A stretch of DNA of 60,740 nt from a bacterium. Its GTDB lineage: Bacteria; Planctomycetota; UBA11346. The stretch is taken from positions 1 to 60,740 of the forward strand of contig JAIFND010000039.1 of NCBI GenBank assembly GCA_020047915.1. Direction: 5' to 3'. A program made the position numbers and the translations under genes. The notes under the pieces were generated by a model that saw nothing but the letters and a program-made list of their open reading frames with translations, ran no database searches and was not told where the DNA came from. Below are positions 54,349 through 60,740 of this stretch, in pieces (position 1 is the stretch's first letter; each line of letters begins with the position of its first letter).

Positions 54349-56606
54349 CCGCAGCGGCCGGCAGGACGACGATTCGGGGGCTCGCGCGCCAGCGCGTGAC
54401 GCGCCCCGTCGTCGCCATCCTGCTGGTCGCCGCCAGCCTGGCGGGCGGCGAGGCCCTGCCGGCAGACCGGGTTGAACAACGCCAGGCCGACGAGCAGGCG
54501 CGCACCGCGGCTTTGGGACCGGCGCTGGATGACGCCCGCTTCCTGCTTGCTGCCGGCCAGGCGCGGGTGGCGGCAGACCACCTGCGCAGCGCCCTGGTCG
54601 GCGTCCCCGCCGACGCCCCGCGGCGCGCCGAGGCCGCCAGCCTGCTGGCCGAGGCTGAGTCCGCCCAGGCAGCCAACGATCTGAGCGCGGAAGACGCCGC
54701 CCGTCAGAGCAGCGCCGCCAACGCCACCGCCGGCGCCGCCCGCGAGGCCGGCGTCCGCAGCAGCCTGCGCGCCGAGCGCCTGGCCCGCATCCGCGACCTG
54801 CGTCAGCGCGAACACCACGAACTGGCCCTGGCGCACTGCCGCGTGCTGTTGCGCGACCTGCCAGCCGACACCGAGGTCGAAGCCGAGTACCGGGAACTGC
54901 TCGACCTCGCCCATGCCGCCCGCCGCAGCAGCATCGCCGAACGCGAGCGTGACCTGCGTTCCGAGATCGCCCTGTTGGTCGAACGCTCGCTGATCCCCGA
55001 AGGCTTCGATGGCGAACCGGTGTGGCCCGCGGACTGGGACCAACGCCGGGCCGGCCGGCGCAGCCGCCTGGATGCCGGCCCAGAGGCAGCGAGCGACTCG
55101 GATGCGGTACGCGACCGCCTGGCCCAGCGCGTAACCATCATCTTCGACGCGACTCCAGCTGTCGATGCCCTGGCCCAACTTGCCCGCCTCGCCGGGATCA
55201 GCATCGTGGTGGCGCCCGAACTGCAGGCCGCCGCCGACCGCATCGTCACCCTGCGCGCAGCGCGCATGCGGCTTGAAGATGTGCTGACCTGGATCACCGA
55301 ACAGGGCGGGACGCGCTGGTCGATCACCAAGGGCGCCGTCTTCGTCGGCGACCAGGCGACCAGCGACCGCACCGTCGCGCTGCATGACATCGGCGGCCTG
55401 ATGCTCGGCGCGGTGGACCAGCCCGGCCCGGTGATGGCCATGAGCACCGCCGACGGCGCCTCTGGCGGCGCCAGTCTGGTCGCCGCCGAACCGGCGGCCA
55501 CGGCCGTCGCGACCGGGGACGACATCGCCGACCTGATCCGCCGCGTGGTCAGCCCGCGGCTCTGGGAACAAGAGGGCAATGCCATCGTCGTGCGCGGGAC
55601 GACCCTGCTGGTCACCGCCCCGCAAGAGGCGCAGACCCTGATCCGCGAGTTCATCCGGGCCCAAGAGGCGCAACGCAGCCTGGCGGTGCGCATTGATGCC
55701 CGCTGGCTGGAACTGACCGACCGCTTCGTCGAGGAGATCGGCGTCCAGTGGACTTCGGGGGCCGGCACGATGGTCGCCCCGGCCAACGGCCAGCCCTCGG
55801 CTGGCTTCCTGCGCCGGACCGGTGCCTGGTCGGTGGCAGCCAACTCCACCAACCAGTTGCCAGGCACCGCCATGTCCGTGGTCCCCGCGACCAGCGGCAC
55901 CGGCCTGACCCTGCAGACCTCGTTCTTCGGTGAGAACAAGTTCAACGCCATCCTCAGCGCCCTGGAACGCAATGCCCAGGGCCGCGTGCTGCAAGCCCCC
56001 GAGGTCACCTGCCTGAACGGCCAGCAGGCGCACGCCGTCTTCGCCAGCCAGTTGGCCTACATCAGCGACTACGAGATCGTCGCCAGCTATCCCGATCCGG
56101 TCATCTCGGTGCTGAACCTGGGCACGATGATCGAGGTCCGCCCGATGATCAGCGCGGACCGCAAGTATGTCACCCTGGACCTGCGCACCTCGGTCAGTTC
56201 CGCGACCCTGTTCACGGAATACATCGACTACTTCGTGACCATTCCAGGCACCTTGCTGGATCCGAATGCGCTCACCCCGCCGCCGAATGCGGATGACGTC
56301 GGTACCCAGTACCTCGACAACCTGCTGCTCATCGAAACGTCCGCCCGCGCCCCGATCGAATTGCCGAACGTCGCCGTGCAGGCGACCGCCACCACGGTGA
56401 TGGTGCCGGATCGCGGCAGCCTGCTGGTCGGCGGCTTCACCCGCAGCCTCGACCAGTTCAGCTCGACCCGGGTGCCGCTGCTCGGATCGATCCCCTTCCT
56501 CGGCCGGCTGTTCGGCGCCCGTGGGCGCTACGCCGACCGCACCAAGCTCTACCTGATGTCCACCGTCTCGATCATCAACTACCCGGAACTGGAGGCCCGC
56601 CTGTGA
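54345..56606 (+). CDS. Secretin (GspD/PilQ family), paralogue 2.
   Basis: GTGA overlap. VTIIFDATPAVDALAQLARLAGISIVV, AVRIDARWLELTDRFVEEIGVQW, RVPLLGSIPFLGRLFG. Confidence 0.85.
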   Translation: MTAAAGRTTIRGLARQRVTRPVVAILLVAASLAGGEALPADRVEQRQADEQARTAALGPALDDARFLLAAGQARVAADHLRSALVGVPADAPRRAEAASLLAEAESAQAANDLSAEDAARQSSAANATAGAAREAGVRSSLRAERLARIRDLRQREHHELALAHCRVLLRDLPADTEVEAEYRELLDLAHAARRSSIAERERDLRSEIALLVERSLIPEGFDGEPVWPADWDQRRAGRRSRLDAGPEAASDSDAVRDRLAQRVTIIFDATPAVDALAQLARLAGISIVVAPELQAAADRIVTLRAARMRLEDVLTWITEQGGTRWSITKGAVFVGDQATSDRTVALHDIGGLMLGAVDQPGPVMAMSTADGASGGASLVAAEPAATAVATGDDIADLIRRVVSPRLWEQEGNAIVVRGTTLLVTAPQEAQTLIREFIRAQEAQRSLAVRIDARWLELTDRFVEEIGVQWTSGAGTMVAPANGQPSAGFLRRTGAWSVAANSTNQLPGTAMSVVPATSGTGLTLQTSFFGENKFNAILSALERNAQGRVLQAPEVTCLNGQQAHAVFASQLAYISDYEIVASYPDPVISVLNLGTMIEVRPMISADRKYVTLDLRTSVSSATLFTEYIDYFVTIPGTLLDPNALTPPPNADDVGTQYLDNLLLIETSARAPIELPNVAVQATATTVMVPDRGSLLVGGFTRSLDQFSSTRVPLLGSIPFLGRLFGARGRYADRTKLYLMSTVSIINYPELEARL

Positions 56607-59149
56607 AGCCCCTGACCTGCCGCCACACCCGCCGCCTGGCGCTTACCGCCACCATGCTCGCCCTGTGCGCCGCCTCGCTGCAGTCGGGCGAGGCCGTCCC
56701 GCCGGCCCAAAGCGGTGCGGCCGCTGAACTCGAGCGCTACGCCGCCGAACGCGCCGCCCACCAGGCCGGGGGCAACCAGGCCGCCGAGTTCCACTACGTG
56801 CGCGGCATGCGCGCCAAAGAGGAGAACCGGCTCGCCGAAGCGGTGCGTGAACTGACCCTGGCGGTCGATTATGCCCCAAGCAACGAGGCCTACGGCAAGG
56901 AACTGAGCGCGGTACGCGCCCTGGCCGGCCTCGAGCGCGATCCGCGCTCGCAGCAGATCGACCGCCTGGTCGATGAGGCCCAGGTCAAGGACCAGGAACT
57001 GTGGAACGAGGCCCAGGCCAAGAAGGAGGCCGGCATCGCCGCGATGCAGTCCGGTGACTTCAACCTCGCCGACCGCTCGTTCCAGATGGCCCTGGTGCGC
57101 CTGGAAAGCCTGCCCTTCGCCGACGAGCGCAAGCTGGCGGCGTTGCGCGAGGTCGAGACCCTGGCCTCTGACGCGCGCAGCCGCCGCGAAGCCAAGGACC
57201 GCACCGTCGCCGCCGAGCGCAACCGCAGCGCCCAGGACCGCAGCCAGCAGTTGCGCGACCTTGGACTGCAGCTCGAGCGCGACCGCATCGACGCGATGCT
57301 GCGCCGCGCCCTGCGCGCCCGTGAGCGCCGCGACTACGACGAGTCGATCCTGATCTGCGAACAGGTGCTGAAGCTGAACCGCGCCGACGAACGCGCCGCC
57401 GACCTGCTGGCCAAGTGCCGGCGCGAACGCCACGTCTATATCCGCCAGATGACCGCCGACCGCTGGGACGAAGAGCACCGTCTCCTCTCCGAGTCGATCC
57501 GCAGCTCGATGCTGCCGCAGCTCGAACTGGTGCGCTACACCACCGAGTGGCCCGAGCTCGACGCCCGGCGCAGCGCCCCGGTGCAGGGTCTCGAGGAGAA
57601 GAACGAGGCCTGGCGCAAGGAGATCGCCAACCAGCTCGAACAGGAGATCACCCTCGACTTCTCCGATACCGACCTGGTCGATGTGGTCGGCTTCCTGCAG
57701 CGCGTGACCAATGCCAACATCGTCCTCGACCCGCGCGTGGCGGCCGGCAGTCCGGCCCCGGTGACGCTGCGCGTCGATCGCATGAAGATGCGCTTCGTCC
57801 TCGATTTCATCATGCGCATCACCAATCTGAAATACACGTTGCGCAACGAGGCGATCTACATCAGCAACGAACAGGGCACGCGCGGCGACCTGTTCATGAA
57901 GATGTACGACGTCCGCGACCTGACCCACGCGATGGACAGCTTCCCCGGCCCCAGCCTGGAGATCCCCAAGCCGGGTGGCACCGGCAGCCAGCTGCTGCCC
58001 CCGACCGCGGCCGAGACCAAGCCGGAGACCTCGGAGTTCATCGAGATCATCCAGCAGGTCGTCTCCCCGGCCAGTTGGAGCCCGGATGCCGGCACCACGA
58101 TCGAGGAATACAACGGCGCGATGGTGGTGAACCAGAGCGGCGAGGTGCATATCCAGATCGACGAGCTGCTGCGCGCCCTGCGCAACCAGCGTGGCTCGCA
58201 GATCCACGTGAAGTGCAAGTTCCTGTCGGTCGAGAACTCGATGCTCGAGGAGATCGGGGTCAGCTGGCAGAACTACAATGCCGCCAACCGCCCCAATGGA
58301 CCCGGTGGCACGCTACCAGGGTATAATGCTGGCGGCGATCCCAATGGCACCACCACCGGCACCACCGCCCCCGACCTCCAGGTCGGCGGCGCCTGGGGTG
58401 CACCCACCGACCAGATCCTGACCGCCGGGCGCATCAACAACCAGTTGCTCAGCTACACCAGCGGTACCACCCTGGCCACCGGTGGCGGTCTGAACCTGCA
58501 GACCCAGAGCTGGCAGTTGGCCTCGAACTTCTGGGCCAGCGCCATCCTCAACGCGGTCGAGAAAGACCGCCGTTCGAACGTCACTTTCGAGCCCGACATC
58601 ACGTTGTTCAATGGCCAGCAGGCCCACATCGTGAACATGAACCAGCAGTCCTACATCTCGGACTACGACGTGGTCCAGGGCCAGTACGACCCGATCATCT
58701 CGATCCTGTCCTACGGCACCGTGCTGGACGTGAAGGCGATCGCCTCGGCCGACAAGAAGTACATCACTCTGAGCCTGCGCCCGACCAACGCCCAGGTGCA
58801 GGCCTGGCGCCGCTTTGGCCCGCCCGCCGTCGGCTGGCCGGGCGGCCCGGTCGATCAGACCGGCTCGGCCGTGGCAGCTGGCTTCGGCAGCTTCCCGCTG
58901 CTCATCCCGCAGTTGTCCTACAATGCCGTGCGCACCTCGGTCACCGTCCCCGACGGCGGCTCGCTGGTCATCGCCGGCATGACCAACGGCGACAGCCGGC
59001 GCAGCCATGCTGGCGTGCCCTTCCTGTCCCACATTCCCTTCCTCGGTCGCCTGTTCAGCTCGAACGGTCGCACCGAGGCCGAGATTCGGCAGTTGATCAT
59101 CGTGCAGGCGGACCTGATCCTGTTCGACGAGATCGAACAGAAGCTCTGA
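56603..59149 (+). CDS. Secretin (GspD/PilQ family), paralogue 3.
   Basis: GTGA overlap. ITLDFSDTDLVDVVGFLQRVTNANIVL, HVKCKFLSVENSMLEEIGVSW, AGVPFLSHIPFLGRLFS. Confidence 0.85.
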   Translation: MKPLTCRHTRRLALTATMLALCAASLQSGEAVPPAQSGAAAELERYAAERAAHQAGGNQAAEFHYVRGMRAKEENRLAEAVRELTLAVDYAPSNEAYGKELSAVRALAGLERDPRSQQIDRLVDEAQVKDQELWNEAQAKKEAGIAAMQSGDFNLADRSFQMALVRLESLPFADERKLAALREVETLASDARSRREAKDRTVAAERNRSAQDRSQQLRDLGLQLERDRIDAMLRRALRARERRDYDESILICEQVLKLNRADERAADLLAKCRRERHVYIRQMTADRWDEEHRLLSESIRSSMLPQLELVRYTTEWPELDARRSAPVQGLEEKNEAWRKEIANQLEQEITLDFSDTDLVDVVGFLQRVTNANIVLDPRVAAGSPAPVTLRVDRMKMRFVLDFIMRITNLKYTLRNEAIYISNEQGTRGDLFMKMYDVRDLTHAMDSFPGPSLEIPKPGGTGSQLLPPTAAETKPETSEFIEIIQQVVSPASWSPDAGTTIEEYNGAMVVNQSGEVHIQIDELLRALRNQRGSQIHVKCKFLSVENSMLEEIGVSWQNYNAANRPNGPGGTLPGYNAGGDPNGTTTGTTAPDLQVGGAWGAPTDQILTAGRINNQLLSYTSGTTLATGGGLNLQTQSWQLASNFWASAILNAVEKDRRSNVTFEPDITLFNGQQAHIVNMNQQSYISDYDVVQGQYDPIISILSYGTVLDVKAIASADKKYITLSLRPTNAQVQAWRRFGPPAVGWPGGPVDQTGSAVAAGFGSFPLLIPQLSYNAVRTSVTVPDGGSLVIAGMTNGDSRRSHAGVPFLSHIPFLGRLFSSNGRTEAEIRQLIIVQADLILFDEIEQKL

Positions 59150-59197
59150 CCCGGGGGGCGCTTTTGCCCGGGGGGCTCCGCGGCTACGGCCCGGCGT

Positions 59198-59235
59198 GAA
59201 AGAAGGGGGAGCGCTCAGCCGCTCCCCCTTCTTTC
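59198..59235 (+). terminator. Rho-independent terminator of the pilM-secretin operon.
   Basis: A 16-bp stem gaaagaagggggagcg-ctcagc-cgctcccccttctttc followed by atttt. Confidence 0.7.
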
Positions 59236-59375
59236 ATTTTCGCCGGGCCTGCGCCGCTCCCGCCCCCCGAACCCCCCGGCCTCGGCGCGTCCGGCATCTT
59301 CGCTGCGCTCCGATACCTACCGCACCGAGGCTTGCCTTCCCTGGGAGCGCAGGCTTCAGCCTGCATCGAGGGCAA

Positions 59376-60740
<1,365 letters not shown>

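Overview
This is a high-GC bacterial chromosomal segment. Gene content and repeat style suggest a PVC-type organism (Planctomycetota/Verrucomicrobiota-like), but that is inference only. Most long antisense ORFs in the six-frame track are GC artefacts. About 45 genes are supportable. They include an ElaB/YqjE/YqjK stress operon, a NarL-type two-component pair, tRNA-Leu(GAG), flgH-flgI-flgJ-like, a SagB-type dehydrogenase, a GldA/F/G-like ABC system with a DUF4340-FKBP protein, and pfk. Further on are a YgaP rhodanese, a DsbD-like protein, a selenium module (selD fusion, selA and an unannotated UxxC selenoprotein), tldD/pmbA, and an ScpA fusion. The rest comprises glycerate kinase, panD, gpsA, rbfA-infB-nusA, a corrinoid activation module, araC, sppA, a pilM/N-like operon ending in three tandem secretin paralogues, and partial ligA. 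No CRISPR array, transposase or obvious defence island was seen. The most unusual signal is non-coding. Eleven stem-loop elements have arms built from 3-5 tandem copies of a 7-8 nt (once ~25 nt) unit, with the mirror arm after a 22-133 nt spacer. They fill many of the larger intergenic gaps, sit inside operons, and one is translated as the linker of the selD ORF. Other leads are an in-frame TGA (Sec) redoxin gene with a SECIS-like hairpin, a tandem ~162-nt multi-hairpin repeat with compensatory substitutions, a 1-nt frameshift splitting a pilM-pilN fusion, and several unusual domain fusions.
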